From the NCBI GenBank assembly GCA_038043465.1, contig JBBTBX010000011.1, positions 42,204 to 106,203 on the forward strand: a stretch of 64,000 bases of DNA, read 5' to 3'. Positions 1 through 10,068 of this stretch are shown here, in pieces. Position 1 is the first letter of the stretch, and each line of letters starts with the position of its first letter. The notes beneath the pieces are model-generated. The model did no database searches. It worked only from the letters and a program-made list of their open reading frames with translations, and was not told where the DNA came from. The stretch is from Pseudomonadota bacterium. Lineage in GTDB: Bacteria > Pseudomonadota > Alphaproteobacteria > Rickettsiales > SXRF01. A program made the translations under genes and the position numbers.

Positions 1-169
1 CCCTGTCAACATGCACCAAAGGATTTAGTGTAAGCCTTCCCATGCGTTTTGCGGTGGTGTCTCCGAAATAAAGCGCGGCATATCCGTGCGCGACTTCATG
101 CAATATTATAGCTGTAATAACTGGAATAATCCACGTTGAAGCATCAAGCAGCCACTGCATATTTTCCAT
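1..169 (-). CDS. Peptidase M50 / site-2 protease family metalloprotease, N-terminal fragment (gene runs off window start)
   Basis: Reverse-strand ATG at 167-169. Translation MENMQWLLDASTWIIPVITAIILHEVAHGYAALYFGDTTAKRMGRLTLNPLVHVDR has a TM helix followed by the HExxH zinc motif typical of M50. Confidence 0.6.
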   Translation of the reverse strand, partial: MENMQWLLDASTWIIPVITAIILHEVAHGYAALYFGDTTAKRMGRLTLNPLVHVDR

Positions 170-172
170 AAG

Positions 173-1183
173 CTAAACGCTCAGTAAGTTATTTACGGTT
201 TGTCTAGCCTCTGCAACTTTAAATTCCTTTGCTCTCCCTGCCCCAACCATTGATTTTTTTGCCCGCTCCAATGATTTTCCGGATAGTTCGCAAAGCCCCT
301 TCTCCACTTCCAGCATTTCCGCCATATCGCCATTGCAATGCAGAACCACATCACAACCGGCATTAAGCACATCCCGCGCTCGCTGCGTAAAATCTCCCTG
401 CATCGCTTTCATTGACAGATCATCAGACATAAGCAACCCATCAAAACCCAATTCATTACGTATCAGTGAAATTGCCCTAGGCGAAACAGTTGCCATTTTT
501 TCAGGGTCAATTGCCGTATAAAGCACATGCGCCGTCATCGCCATTGGCAGATGCGCCAGTGCCTTGAAAGTAACAAAATCAGTTTGCCGTAAAATTTCAA
601 TAGGCGCATCCACCACCGGAAGTTCAAGATGGCTATCGGCAAAAGCGCGCCCATGCCCAGGAATATGTTTAAGGATTGGTATAACTCCTCCATCAATCAG
701 TCCCTGCGCAAATGAATCAGCTAGTTCTATAACCTGTTTTGTGGTTTTACCAAAGGCACGGTCACCAATAATATCGTGCGCTCCGGGAACCGGCAAATCC
801 GCAAGTGGCGCGCAGTTTACAGTTATTCCTAAATTATATAACTCATAAGCAATTAAACGGGCATTGAGGTAAGTCGCTTTTTTTGCCGCTTCTAAATCTT
901 TCCCCGCAAGTTCAGCAAATGATCCGGCAGGTGGAAAAACCGGAAAATGCGGAGGTTTTAACCGTGCAACCCGCCCACCTTCCTGATCAATCAGAATCGG
1001 CAGATTATCACGACCGAAAAGCTCTTTTAACTTCCTAACCAGAGCTTTTATCTGCTCCGGCGATTCGCAGTTACGAGCAAATAAAATATAGCCAAAAGGG
1101 TTTACTCTGGAAAAAAAGCTTATTTCTTGAGGAGTTAAGCTGGTTCCGGAAATTCCAAAAATCGCTGCGGATAAATTTGTCAT
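173..1183 (-). CDS. nagZ: Beta-N-acetylhexosaminidase (GH3)
   Basis: 336 aa. Motifs LIDQEGGRVARL and KHIPGHGRAFADSH are typical of NagZ. It lies downstream of argS and the SPOR gene, as in many alphaproteobacteria. Confidence 0.85.
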   Translation of the reverse strand: MTNLSAAIFGISGTSLTPQEISFFSRVNPFGYILFARNCESPEQIKALVRKLKELFGRDNLPILIDQEGGRVARLKPPHFPVFPPAGSFAELAGKDLEAAKKATYLNARLIAYELYNLGITVNCAPLADLPVPGAHDIIGDRAFGKTTKQVIELADSFAQGLIDGGVIPILKHIPGHGRAFADSHLELPVVDAPIEILRQTDFVTFKALAHLPMAMTAHVLYTAIDPEKMATVSPRAISLIRNELGFDGLLMSDDLSMKAMQGDFTQRARDVLNAGCDVVLHCNGDMAEMLEVEKGLCELSGKSLERAKKSMVGAGRAKEFKVAEARQTVNNLLSV

Positions 1184-1260
1184 AAAACTGTAACTACCAT
1201 TAGGGTAAGGGTTGCGCTAGGATTATTTCACAATAAATAACCAATTATAGAGGAGTTGTT

Positions 1261-1674
1261 ATGGTAGATTCTAAACAGGATATGCTCGGCGCAATTAATA
1301 ATGCAGTGGTAGATGAGCTGAAAGCTAGAAATATATTGGCATCATCTGATCCGGCTGATCGTAGCAATGATAATATAACAAGACATCTTACAGAACATCT
1401 GCAAGCTGTATCTAATGCAAAAAATTTTGGTGATGAAGGTTCTAAAGATACAGAAAGAAAAACTCTGCGCGATTTGACCTCGATTACCAATAATCGTAGA
1501 GAAGAAGCCAATTTACAACCTGTAACTGAAGAAAAAATTACAGAAGCTGTAGTTTCCGGATGGAATAAAGTAGTACCTCAACAACATGGACAACAGCAAG
1601 ATCTAGCAAAGCCCGCTGACACATGGTCTGAAGAATTGCTAAAAAGACAACAATCACTTTATACTCAACGTTAG
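1261..1674 (+). CDS. Hypothetical hydrophilic protein (orphan)
   Basis: 137-aa ORF with a strong SD (AGAGGAG) 6 nt upstream of the ATG. No recognisable domain. It is on the opposite strand, wedged between nagZ and the SPOR gene. Confidence 0.45.
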   Translation: MVDSKQDMLGAINNAVVDELKARNILASSDPADRSNDNITRHLTEHLQAVSNAKNFGDEGSKDTERKTLRDLTSITNNRREEANLQPVTEEKITEAVVSGWNKVVPQQHGQQQDLAKPADTWSEELLKRQQSLYTQR

Positions 1675-1677
1675 CTT

Positions 1678-2508
1678 TTAATCCGCCACCAGCATGCAAC
1701 TCTGCCCTTTGGCAGTTAAGTTTTTGCACATCTCATTAGCTGAATCTCTGCTGGAGAATCCACCAAGTCGCAGCCGGTAAAAGGTTTTCCCTTTAACATC
1801 AGCGCGCAGGATAGCTGGAGTTTTTCCGGAAAGACTAGGGAATTTCTTTTGGATCTTCTGCCAGTTTTCACTAGCTTCTTTCTCCGAACTGAACGCACCT
1901 AGCTGGATTTTTGCCACACCAGACTTTGTTGAAGGTTTTGCGACTGGTTTTGCTGCTGGCTTCTGTTCAACAGGTTTATGCTTGGCATCAGTTTTTGCTA
2001 CCGTAGTTTTCACCACTTCCGGCTTTTTATCATCAATACCAACAGCTTCGATTTTTTCCACTTCTACAGCAGGAGATTCGATTTTGACCTCATTTTCAGT
2101 TTTATTACTTTCTACATTAGTAGTTCCAGCTACATCCTCAGTTTTAGGTTGCTCTGTGCTTTCTGCAACAGTTTCCGTCTGCTCACTATTAGTAATAGGC
2201 TCTTCCGGACTTGGTAATACACGTTCAACTTTTGCAGATGGTGGGGTATTAGAAAATGTTTCAAATATGGTTTTATCCTGATTAGGGAATTTCATTCCGC
2301 CCGGATCTTCAGGTTTTTCTTTAATCGGAGTTTTTTCAGCTTCAATAACCAGCAATTCTTCTTCTTTTACTGATTCTTTTCCGGAGTGATAGGCGTAATA
2401 TGCAAGCATTACAAATCCGGTAATCACGCTGACCAGCATGATAGTTGGAATCCATTTCATAACTCCAGAAGCGTTATCAATGTTTTCATCGTCTTCATTA
2501 TTCATCAC
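1678..2508 (-). CDS. SPOR domain-containing membrane protein
   Basis: N-terminal TM helix, a Pro/Glu/Lys-rich linker, and a C-terminal SPOR-like segment [16 protein letters not shown]...[18 protein letters not shown]. It overlaps argS by 4 nt. Confidence 0.8.
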   Translation of the reverse strand: MMNNEDDENIDNASGVMKWIPTIMLVSVITGFVMLAYYAYHSGKESVKEEELLVIEAEKTPIKEKPEDPGGMKFPNQDKTIFETFSNTPPSAKVERVLPSPEEPITNSEQTETVAESTEQPKTEDVAGTTNVESNKTENEVKIESPAVEVEKIEAVGIDDKKPEVVKTTVAKTDAKHKPVEQKPAAKPVAKPSTKSGVAKIQLGAFSSEKEASENWQKIQKKFPSLSGKTPAILRADVKGKTFYRLRLGGFSSRDSANEMCKNLTAKGQSCMLVAD

Positions 2509-4259
2509 CGCATCTCCTCAACTGGTTCCACTCCAAGCACCATAAGCCCCGAAGCTATCACACATGATAGCGCGTGGGCAAGTGCAACCCGCGCTGCTGT
2601 CAATTTTATATTATCCTTTATTATAAAACGCAAACCCGCATCACTATTTCCTTGATTCCATAAACTATGAAACGCTGCTGCGAGATCGTGAAGATAAAAA
2701 GCAATTCTGTGCGGTTCAAGATTATTTGCAGCGGATTCAACAATGCGCGGCCAGCTGCACATCAGGCGGATAAGCGCAAGCTCTTCCGGATGAGTTAGTA
2801 ATTTCATAATTTCCATGTCTAAAGATTTAAATGGAAGCACAGATTCCGGAATTTCCGCAGATGCATTGCGGCGTATCGAACGCAACCGCGCATGTGCATA
2901 CTGCACATAAAAAACTGGATTGTCTTTTGACTGTTCGGTGATTTTAGCAAAATCGAAATCAAGCGGCGCATCGTTTTTACGCGTGAGCATGATAAACCGG
3001 AAAACATCTTTTCCCACCTCTTCCACCACCTCGCGCACGGTAACAAATGTCCCTGCCCGCTTAGACATTTTGGCAGGTTCGCCATTCCGTAAAAACTTTA
3101 CCAGCTGGCAGAGTTTTATATCAATTTTCACCTGATTGTCAGATAGCGCACCTACAACTGCTTTAATACGCTTGACATATCCACCATGATCCGCGCCAAA
3201 AACATCAATAATCCAATCAAATCTGCGCTTGCATTTATCATAATGATAAGCAATATCCGGCGCGAAATACGTCCAGCTTCCATCTGACTTTTTTACAGGA
3301 CGATCTGAATCATCACCAAATTCAGTAGCTTTAAATAATGTTTGTGGTCTTGATTCCCAATCATCTGGAGTTTTGCCTTTTGGTGGCTCTAAAACACCCT
3401 CATACAGCAATCCTTTTTTTGCAAGCAAATGCATTGCGTCTTCAACTTCTCCAGCCTTGGTAATTGCCAGCTCCGAAGCAAATACATCATGTGAAATTCC
3501 TATAATCGCCAAGTCTTCTTTAATAATTTCCATCACCGCTTCTATCGTATATTCACGGATAACCGGTAACCATTCATCACGGTCTTTTTGCAATAATTTA
3601 TTGCCGTGAATGCGTTGCAGTGCCTCGGCTATAGGGATAAGATATTCACCCGGATAATACCCTTCAGGAATACCTTTGAATTCTTCACCACAAATTTCTT
3701 GGTAACGCAGGAACACTGATTCCGCCAGCTTATCAACCTGCGCTCCAGCATCGTTTATATAATATTCGCGGGTAACATCATACCCAGCCTTAATAAGCAA
3801 TGTTGACAGTGCGTCGCCAAACACTGCGCCACGACCATGCCCGACATGCATAGGACCAGTCGGATTAGCCGAAACATATTCAATGTTAACCCGTTTTCCC
3901 TGCCCAATATCGGAATTACCATAGCCCCGTCCTTCCGCTATTATATCAAGAACAGCCGATTGCCAGATGCTGGTAGAAAGGGTGATATTTATAAAACCTG
4001 CCCCTGCAATTTCAACTTTATCAATCCATTCTAAAGCGCGTAGTGGCTCAATAAATAACCCAGCAATTTCTTTAGGATTTTTTCCAATCTGTGCGGCAAT
4101 AACCATAGCGGCATTGGTCGCAACATCCCCATGCGCCACGTCACGCGTAGGCGTCGCCTCTACCTTATCGCTATTAACATCTGTGGGCAAAGCATTCGCG
4201 CTCTGCAACTGATCTATAATATTTTTAACATCGTTTTCTATTTTTCTAAATATATTCAT
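2505..4259 (-). CDS. argS: Arginine--tRNA ligase
   Basis: Class I motifs ([17 protein letters not shown]) and full-length similarity to ArgS. Start is set at MNIFRKIEN (ATG 4257-4259), because the longer ORF-track start runs into a palindromic repeat. Confidence 0.95.
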   Translation of the reverse strand: MNIFRKIENDVKNIIDQLQSANALPTDVNSDKVEATPTRDVAHGDVATNAAMVIAAQIGKNPKEIAGLFIEPLRALEWIDKVEIAGAGFINITLSTSIWQSAVLDIIAEGRGYGNSDIGQGKRVNIEYVSANPTGPMHVGHGRGAVFGDALSTLLIKAGYDVTREYYINDAGAQVDKLAESVFLRYQEICGEEFKGIPEGYYPGEYLIPIAEALQRIHGNKLLQKDRDEWLPVIREYTIEAVMEIIKEDLAIIGISHDVFASELAITKAGEVEDAMHLLAKKGLLYEGVLEPPKGKTPDDWESRPQTLFKATEFGDDSDRPVKKSDGSWTYFAPDIAYHYDKCKRRFDWIIDVFGADHGGYVKRIKAVVGALSDNQVKIDIKLCQLVKFLRNGEPAKMSKRAGTFVTVREVVEEVGKDVFRFIMLTRKNDAPLDFDFAKITEQSKDNPVFYVQYAHARLRSIRRNASAEIPESVLPFKSLDMEIMKLLTHPEELALIRLMCSWPRIVESAANNLEPHRIAFYLHDLAAAFHSLWNQGNSDAGLRFIIKDNIKLTAARVALAHALSCVIASGLMVLGVEPVEEMR

Positions 4260-4296
4260 TTTTCTCTCTTTAAATTCCGGCAGAGCGTAATACTGC

Positions 4297-4376
4297 GTCA
4301 TTGTGAGCGTAGCGAAGCAATCCAGTCCTGAATTATTTATGGATTGCCACGGTCACTACGCTCCCTCGCAATGACG
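4297..4376. repeat. Nested palindromic element copy R1 (intergenic)
   Basis: Termini CGTCATTGTGAG ... CTCGCAATGACG and inner pair GAAGCAATCCAG ... TGGATTGCC. Same architecture as copies at 12916, 20368, 31314, 34745 and 42818. Confidence 0.85.
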
Positions 4377-4390
4377 AATACGGTGATAAC

Positions 4391-4858
4391 TTATAAATAT
4401 TCTTTTTCAATAAAGCCAATTTTTTCTAATATCCTTCCAATTAAATGGGCAAGCGTAACGTAACAATAACCTACAGGAATAGAAAGAAGGCATGGAACCA
4501 GCATCATCAGAAACATATCAATACCAGGTGGAGATATACTGGAAAGCATGACACCAAGAATGAAGCCAACAGCATAAAACGGTACAAAATAGAACGGGGC
4601 CAAATAGCTGAATTCTTTTAATTCCTTAGCCTCAGCCCCCCGATATTTAAACAGCGACCATACCATAAATACAACATATTGAATTATCCCAAATACCACC
4701 AAATAAAAAAGAATCGGCATTCCTTCCTTATTAGTCTCCGGTAATGGAAAAAATAAAAATGGCGGGAAACCAAGCGGCAGTAGCAATGCCAGATAATAAT
4801 ATTGGCGCAAACTTATGGTTATTCTTTTGGCTTTACCAAGCCTTTCTTTTCTTTTCAT
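4391..4858 (-). CDS. Hypothetical polytopic membrane protein
   Basis: 155 aa with about 4 hydrophobic helices. It overlaps the dgt-like gene by 1 nt. No recognised family. Confidence 0.5.
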   Translation of the reverse strand: MKRKERLGKAKRITISLRQYYYLALLLPLGFPPFLFFPLPETNKEGMPILFYLVVFGIIQYVVFMVWSLFKYRGAEAKELKEFSYLAPFYFVPFYAVGFILGVMLSSISPPGIDMFLMMLVPCLLSIPVGYCYVTLAHLIGRILEKIGFIEKEYL

Positions 4859-6033
4859 TATCGCCCCAGCCAGCTTCTAGCCTGCACATCAAACACTCTC
4901 CGGTATTCATCAAGCGCGAAACGATCGGTCATTCCGGCAATAAAATCCGCAACTACTTCTGCCGTTTTTATAGTAGCTTTTCCATCGGTCATGATGCGCC
5001 ATGCATCAGGCAGGCATTCCGGCTCATTCAGGAAAAATTCAAACAAATCCTTAACCACCCTGCCCGCCTTACTCGCCATGCGGTTTACCTTATAATGGCG
5101 ATACATATTACTCATCAGAAATTTTTGCAGTTGCTTATTAGTTTCCTGCATTTCCGGAGAAAAGAAAACCAGAGTTTTTCCAAGATTCCTAATATCGCCC
5201 ACAGTTTTTATTTTATATTCCTCAATATTTCTGCGTGTTTGGGAAATTAAATCTGTCACCATCCGGTTTATCAAACGCCGTATCGCTTCATGCGTCAGAC
5301 GTGGATTATCAATATCCGGATATTTTTTCTTCACCTCATAGAAAATTTTGGCAATCGGTGGAACTTCGTCCAGTTGTTCAACCGAAAGCAATCCCGCCCG
5401 CAGACCATCATCAATATCATGGTTATTATAGGCAATATCATCCGCCAGAGACGCAACCTGCGCCTCACCGCTGGCATAACTCGCAAGCCCAAGGTCATGA
5501 CGGTTATTATATTCCGCAAGTTCACGCGGGGCATTTTTCACTGGGCCATTATGTTTGGCAATCCCCTCCAGCGTTTCCCATGTCAGGTTCAACCCATCAA
5601 ATGCCGCGTATCTATGCTCAAGCTTGGTCAGGATTTTGATGGTATGGGCGTTATGGTCAAACCCGCCATATGGCTTCATAACTTCGCTGAGGGCATCTTC
5701 GCCGGCATGGCCAAAAGGCGTATGCCCAAGGTCATGCGCCAGTGCCAAAGCTTCTCCTAAATCCTCATTCAGCCCGAGCGAACGGCACATGGAGCGCGCC
5801 AGTTGCGACACTTCAAGGCTATGGGTAAGGCGGGTGCGGTAATGATCCCCCTCGTGATTTACAAAAACCTGAGTTTTATATTCCAGCCTGCGAAAAGCGG
5901 TGGAATGGATGATTCGGTCGCGGTCACGCTGGAAAATCGAGCGCGAATTGCTCTCATCCTCAGCATAAAACCGCCCCCGGCTGGCATCAGGATGGCAGGC
6001 ATAACCCGCTAAATTAATTGAATGATTGTTCAT
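4858..6033 (-). CDS. dgt: dGTP triphosphohydrolase-like HD-domain protein
   Basis: 391 aa. HD motifs HSLEVSQLARS and LAHDLGHTPFGHAGE are typical of the dGTPase family. Confidence 0.85.
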   Translation of the reverse strand: MNNHSINLAGYACHPDASRGRFYAEDESNSRSIFQRDRDRIIHSTAFRRLEYKTQVFVNHEGDHYRTRLTHSLEVSQLARSMCRSLGLNEDLGEALALAHDLGHTPFGHAGEDALSEVMKPYGGFDHNAHTIKILTKLEHRYAAFDGLNLTWETLEGIAKHNGPVKNAPRELAEYNNRHDLGLASYASGEAQVASLADDIAYNNHDIDDGLRAGLLSVEQLDEVPPIAKIFYEVKKKYPDIDNPRLTHEAIRRLINRMVTDLISQTRRNIEEYKIKTVGDIRNLGKTLVFFSPEMQETNKQLQKFLMSNMYRHYKVNRMASKAGRVVKDLFEFFLNEPECLPDAWRIMTDGKATIKTAEVVADFIAGMTDRFALDEYRRVFDVQARSWLGR

Positions 6034-6098
6034 AGGCTTTTGAAAATAAAGAATTTCATATCATATGGCAAGATATAATAATTGTGGTCGGCGTTATG

Positions 6099-6419
6099 CT
6101 ACCTTTCAATATCCAGTAAAGTCCACCAATTTTGGGCAGCATGTAACACACGCACAATGGACACTCCTTTACGGCGTGGAAGATAAAATATCAGGAATTT
6201 ATTAAATTCATTTACATGCCATTTACGCAAGCCTTGTAGCACCGGATGACGCAGCGCAAGCAACGCTCCCATCTTTGGCTGCAGAACAAGAGCATTAAAA
6301 CTTTCTTCTGCGTTTTTTAAGAATCTATCGGCAGTGACATCATTTGCATTTTCAGCTAGATATATATAATGCGCAATCAGGTCATGCCTTGCTGCTGACC
6401 GATAGAAAATTTTTCCCAT
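6099..6419 (-). CDS. parE: Type II toxin, ParE/RelE family
   Basis: 106 aa with a 1-nt overlap with the upstream ParD-like gene. Sequence is ParE-like (HYIYLAENANDVTADRFL...SIVRVLHAAQN). Confidence 0.8.
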   Translation of the reverse strand: MGKIFYRSAARHDLIAHYIYLAENANDVTADRFLKNAEESFNALVLQPKMGALLALRHPVLQGLRKWHVNEFNKFLIFYLPRRKGVSIVRVLHAAQNWWTLLDIER

Positions 6420-6682
6420 TAATTTCCGTTCTTCCTAACTTTTCTAATCTTCTTTACAGCTTCTGCACGAATTGTTTGCCACTCCGCCTTAGTTAGAGCA
6501 ATCTCTTCGCCTTGCAGCCCTTCTAACAACAAAGCTTCAAGCTGGTCTTCGGCTTTACGCTTTTCATCGGCACGGATTAATTCACGCATGTATTCACTCA
6601 CGCTTCCATAGCGTCCCTCAGCAATTTGTCCTTCTACAAACTGCTTAAGTGGCTCCGGTAACGAAATATTCATACTTTCCAT
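6419..6682 (-). CDS. parD: Type II antitoxin, ParD family
   Basis: MESMNISLPEPLKQFVEGQIAEGRYGSVSEYMRELIR is a typical ParD N-terminus. Start is chosen at ATG 6680-6682, preceded by SD AAGGAG. Confidence 0.8.
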   Translation of the reverse strand: MESMNISLPEPLKQFVEGQIAEGRYGSVSEYMRELIRADEKRKAEDQLEALLLEGLQGEEIALTKAEWQTIRAEAVKKIRKVRKNGN

Positions 6683-6818
6683 TATATTCTCCTTATGATC
6701 ATTGCTAATAATGCCATAAATGGCAGTAAATGGCAAGAACTGTCATTAGCAATTTATCACTATCGTATTTTGCTAAACCGCTCTTGCAAATTTGTAGTTT
6801 CTGCCCCATATTCACCTT

Positions 6819-7178
6819 ATGGAAACATCATCACAATATGCCTCAAGTTTTTCTCTGACTCCAAGTGCAGCAGAGCGCATCAACTTGCTTAAGACCAAAG
6901 AGAATAATTCTAACCTGCGTTTCCGCGTCAGCGTAAAGGGTGGCGGCTGCTCCGGTTTTCAATATGAATTTTTTCTCGATGACAAGCAACCAGATTCTTC
7001 TGACATCATAATTTCTGCCTCCGGTGCCGAAGCCGTGATTGATGACGTATCTATCGGTTTGCTTTCCGGTTCGGTGCTGGATTACACCGAGGATTTGGCG
7101 CATGCCGGATTTTCAATAAAAAATCCTCAGGCAACAGCAAGCTGCGGTTGCGGCAATAGTTTCTCCATTAATTTATGA
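6819..7178 (+). CDS. erpA: Iron-sulfur cluster insertion protein (HesB/IscA/ErpA family)
   Basis: 119 aa with GGGCSGFQYEF and a C-terminal CGCGNSF motif. Confidence 0.85.
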   Translation: METSSQYASSFSLTPSAAERINLLKTKENNSNLRFRVSVKGGGCSGFQYEFFLDDKQPDSSDIIISASGAEAVIDDVSIGLLSGSVLDYTEDLAHAGFSIKNPQATASCGCGNSFSINL

Positions 7179-7218
7179 GAAACAAAATCCACATGTGGGA
7201 TTTTGTTAGTTACTTTTT

Positions 7219-8007
7219 ATGAGTATCTCCATAGCCACGTGGAATGTAAACTCAATCCGTTCGCGCCTGTCGCATCTGCTCGATTGGTTACGCAACGACA
7301 AACCGGAAATAGTCCTGCTGCAGGAACTCAAATGCACTGATGATGTTTTTCCGGCAATGGAAATTGAAGAGCTTGGCTACAACATCGCCATCTACGGTGA
7401 AAAAACCTATAACGGCGTTGCCATACTTTCCAAATTTCCAATAAATGACATTGTGCGCGGTCTGCCTGACAATAGCGATGATGCCCACGCCAGATATATT
7501 GAAGCGGTGGTGAGTCTGCCTAAAACTGCAATCAGGGTTGCTTCGGTTTATGTCCCCAATGGGCAGGATATTTCTTCCGATAAATTTGCGTATAAACTGC
7601 GCTTTTTAGAAAAGCTGTATGCACACATAAAAACCCTGCTTTCCTATGAAGAAATACTGGTTATTGGTGGTGATTATAACATCGCTCCGGAAGATATAGA
7701 CGTACATGATACCAAGCTATGGGAAGGCAGCGTTCTTACTCATGATGAAGTTCGTAAATACTTCCGCAAAATAACCAACCTTGGGGTTTATGATGCTTGC
7801 CGTGTTTTAAACCCGACTGGTAAACCTGAATATAGCTGGTGGGATTATCGCGCTAATGCCCTAGCCTCTGATAATGGTCTTCGAATCGACCATTTACTGC
7901 TTTCATCGCAAGCCGCTGACCGGATTTCTACATACCATGTAAAGAAAGATATTCGTGAACTGGAAAAAGCCTCAGACCACGCGCCGGTGGTTATAAGTTT
8001 TAGTTAA
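7219..8007 (+). CDS. xthA: Exodeoxyribonuclease III
   Basis: 262 aa. N-terminus ATWNVNSIRSR and C-terminal SDHAPV are typical of the EEP-family Xth. Confidence 0.9.
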   Translation: MSISIATWNVNSIRSRLSHLLDWLRNDKPEIVLLQELKCTDDVFPAMEIEELGYNIAIYGEKTYNGVAILSKFPINDIVRGLPDNSDDAHARYIEAVVSLPKTAIRVASVYVPNGQDISSDKFAYKLRFLEKLYAHIKTLLSYEEILVIGGDYNIAPEDIDVHDTKLWEGSVLTHDEVRKYFRKITNLGVYDACRVLNPTGKPEYSWWDYRANALASDNGLRIDHLLLSSQAADRISTYHVKKDIRELEKASDHAPVVISFS

Positions 8008-8038
8008 TAGGTAAAAGTCGTATCGAGATTTTAGTGAA

Positions 8039-9430
8039 TCACCATCCGGTTGGAACATTGCCGACTGCCACCTTCACATTATTGCGCCCGCTATTCTTAG
8101 CGATGTATAACGCTTCATCTGCCCGCTTAATAAATTTCTCTGCGGTGTCTCCCTCTCCTGTCAGGTTTGCGATACCAATGCTGACTGTAAGGTTAATTGT
8201 ATTTCTGCTATCATCTATGACAAAAAGAGTCTTCTCAACCAACTCCCGCATACGATTTGCTACACCGAGGGCAGAAGTTGGATCTGTTTCTGGCATGAGC
8301 ATTACAAACTCTTCTCCACCAAAACGCGCCGGCAAATCTGTGGCTCGCGCTGCTCTGGTTATTATTGCAGCAAGTTGTTTTAAAACCATATCCCCAGCGT
8401 CATGACCATATGTATCATTTACATTTTTAAAATGATCCATATCCATAATTATCAACGCGAGTTTTTTTGAACTTTTTGTTGCCTGTTTGATCATATTGCC
8501 CAAGTGGGCATTTAAATAATGTCTGTTATAAAGACCAGTTAAACCATCAGTAAGTGCCATTGATACACTTTTTTGATATTGAGCTTTCAGTTCATCCTGA
8601 TAAAATTTGCGATGAAGCTGGGTGCGTATACGAACAGCCATTTCATTTTTATCAACCGGCACGGTTAGATAATCATTGATACCCATTTCCAGAGCCTTAA
8701 GCATAATATGACGTTCGTCTTCATCAATAAACACTATTATAGGAACATGCCGTGTTTCTTCCTGGCTTTTTATGTAGGAAGCAAGGCGGAGACCATCCAT
8801 TCCGGCAAGTAAGGTACTAACAATAATTACGTCGAAATCACCATTTTTCGCGGTTTCCAAAGCCAGTTCAGGGTCTTCTACCAGAGTTGTTTTATATTTC
8901 TCGTCAAGCTTTGCCAGAACCTGTTTAGATTGAACGCTATCATCATCAACCAAAAGAATTTTCGCACCAGTAACATCAGCGATAAAATCACTTTTCTGTT
9001 CCGAATCAATACCCATCTGGATGCCTGTCATATTACGTAAGCGCAGCTCATCCAATAAAGTTTTTATTCTTATTAAAGATTTTACGCGGGCAAACAACGA
9101 CACATCGTTTATAGGCTTGGTGATAAAATCATCAGCTCCAGATTCCAGACCTTTCAAGCGGTCAGATTTTTCTGAAAGTGCCGTAACCATAACTACGGGT
9201 ATATGTGCAATCTCAGGGTCAGTTTTGAGTTTTATACAGGTTTCAAAACCATCCATACCAGGCATCATAACATCAAGTAAAATCAAATCAGGTTTAAATT
9301 TTTTGGCTTTTTCAAGTGCTTCAAACCCATCGACTGCAGTGATAACTTTATAGTAATCACTAATCAGCTTTGCTTCTAATAATTTTACGTTTGCCGGAAC
9401 GTCATCAACTACTAATATCTGAGCTGTCAT
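8039..9430 (-). CDS. pleD: Response regulator diguanylate cyclase (REC-REC-GGDEF)
   Basis: 463 aa with two receiver domains and a GGDEF domain (active site GGEEF). It lies immediately downstream of a divK-like gene. Confidence 0.9.
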   Translation of the reverse strand: MTAQILVVDDVPANVKLLEAKLISDYYKVITAVDGFEALEKAKKFKPDLILLDVMMPGMDGFETCIKLKTDPEIAHIPVVMVTALSEKSDRLKGLESGADDFITKPINDVSLFARVKSLIRIKTLLDELRLRNMTGIQMGIDSEQKSDFIADVTGAKILLVDDDSVQSKQVLAKLDEKYKTTLVEDPELALETAKNGDFDVIIVSTLLAGMDGLRLASYIKSQEETRHVPIIVFIDEDERHIMLKALEMGINDYLTVPVDKNEMAVRIRTQLHRKFYQDELKAQYQKSVSMALTDGLTGLYNRHYLNAHLGNMIKQATKSSKKLALIIMDMDHFKNVNDTYGHDAGDMVLKQLAAIITRAARATDLPARFGGEEFVMLMPETDPTSALGVANRMRELVEKTLFVIDDSRNTINLTVSIGIANLTGEGDTAEKFIKRADEALYIAKNSGRNNVKVAVGNVPTGW

Positions 9431-9436
9431 AAAATT

Positions 9437-9817
9437 TTACAACACTTCCTTTTCGCCCAGAAACCTTCTTACAGTGTTAAGAAATGGTTGGATGGAGATA
9501 GGCTTAGAAATATACGCCTCACATCCTGCGGATAAGATTTTTTCTTCGTCATCTTTCATCGCAAAAGCGGTAACCGCTATTATGGGAATGCTACTTATTG
9601 ATTCATCAGCTTTCAGTCTACGAGTAACATCCAGCCCTGAAATTTCCGGTAATTGTATATCCATTAACACAAGATCCGGACGCTCATTGCGGGTAAGCAT
9701 AATAGCTTCGAGACCATCTTTTGTTTCCAGAGTTTCATAGCCGTGTGCAGCCAGAAGATCTCTAAACAATTTGAGATTCAGGTCGTTGTCTTCAACAATC
9801 AATATTCTTTTTTTCAT
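9437..9817 (-). CDS. divK: Single-domain response regulator
   Basis: 126-aa receiver domain (ILIVEDN...[10 protein letters not shown]) upstream of pleD, the classic alphaproteobacterial pair. Confidence 0.85.
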   Translation of the reverse strand: MKKRILIVEDNDLNLKLFRDLLAAHGYETLETKDGLEAIMLTRNERPDLVLMDIQLPEISGLDVTRRLKADESISSIPIIAVTAFAMKDDEEKILSAGCEAYISKPISIQPFLNTVRRFLGEKEVL

Positions 9818-10033
9818 ATACTGTATAAGCGAAATGATTCCCGATATGTAATTGTTACATCCAAAGACTTAACAAACCACTAACTTGAAGAATTTTTATG
9901 AAAAAAATAATATAATTATATATATTAATTAATATATTAACGTATTTTAAATATTTGATTTTCCTCTGCTATTGGTATTTATGATATTTTATTAGAAAAA
10001 TCAATCAGTTAAACATATCGCTGTTGACATCTT

Positions 10034-10068
10034 CTCACAACTCAGCACTCACAACTCAGAACTCAAGC
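10034..10068. repeat. Heptamer tract H1 (CTCAnnA x5) spanning the serA stop codon
   Basis: CTCACAA CTCAGCA CTCACAA CTCAGAA CTCAAGC. On the coding (minus) strand this reads TGAGTTn repeats, which place TGA in all three frames. Confidence 0.7.

Noticed and set aside
4260-4301. Longer N-terminal extensions offered by the ORF track for argS (to 4301), gltX (from 38675), sdhA (from 42997), ispB (from 19309), nadA (to 16566), rhodanese (from 14884), pstB (to 62144) and virB9 (to 18403)
   Set aside because: The extensions run into palindromic repeats or neighbouring genes, use non-ATG starts, or lack an SD. Internal ATGs give N-termini matching the conserved family starts.
4744-5760. Plus-strand ORFs of 97-168 aa overlapping the membrane-protein gene and the dgt-like gene
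   Set aside because: They are antisense to well-supported minus-strand genes, low-complexity and without an SD.
9818-10055. Possible CtrA boxes (TTAA-N7-TTAA) in the 238-bp AT-rich region upstream of divK-pleD
   Set aside because: Only near-misses are present (TTAAC-N6-CTAAC, TTAA-N6-TTAA, TTAA-N7-TAAA). In DNA this AT-rich such matches are expected by chance.
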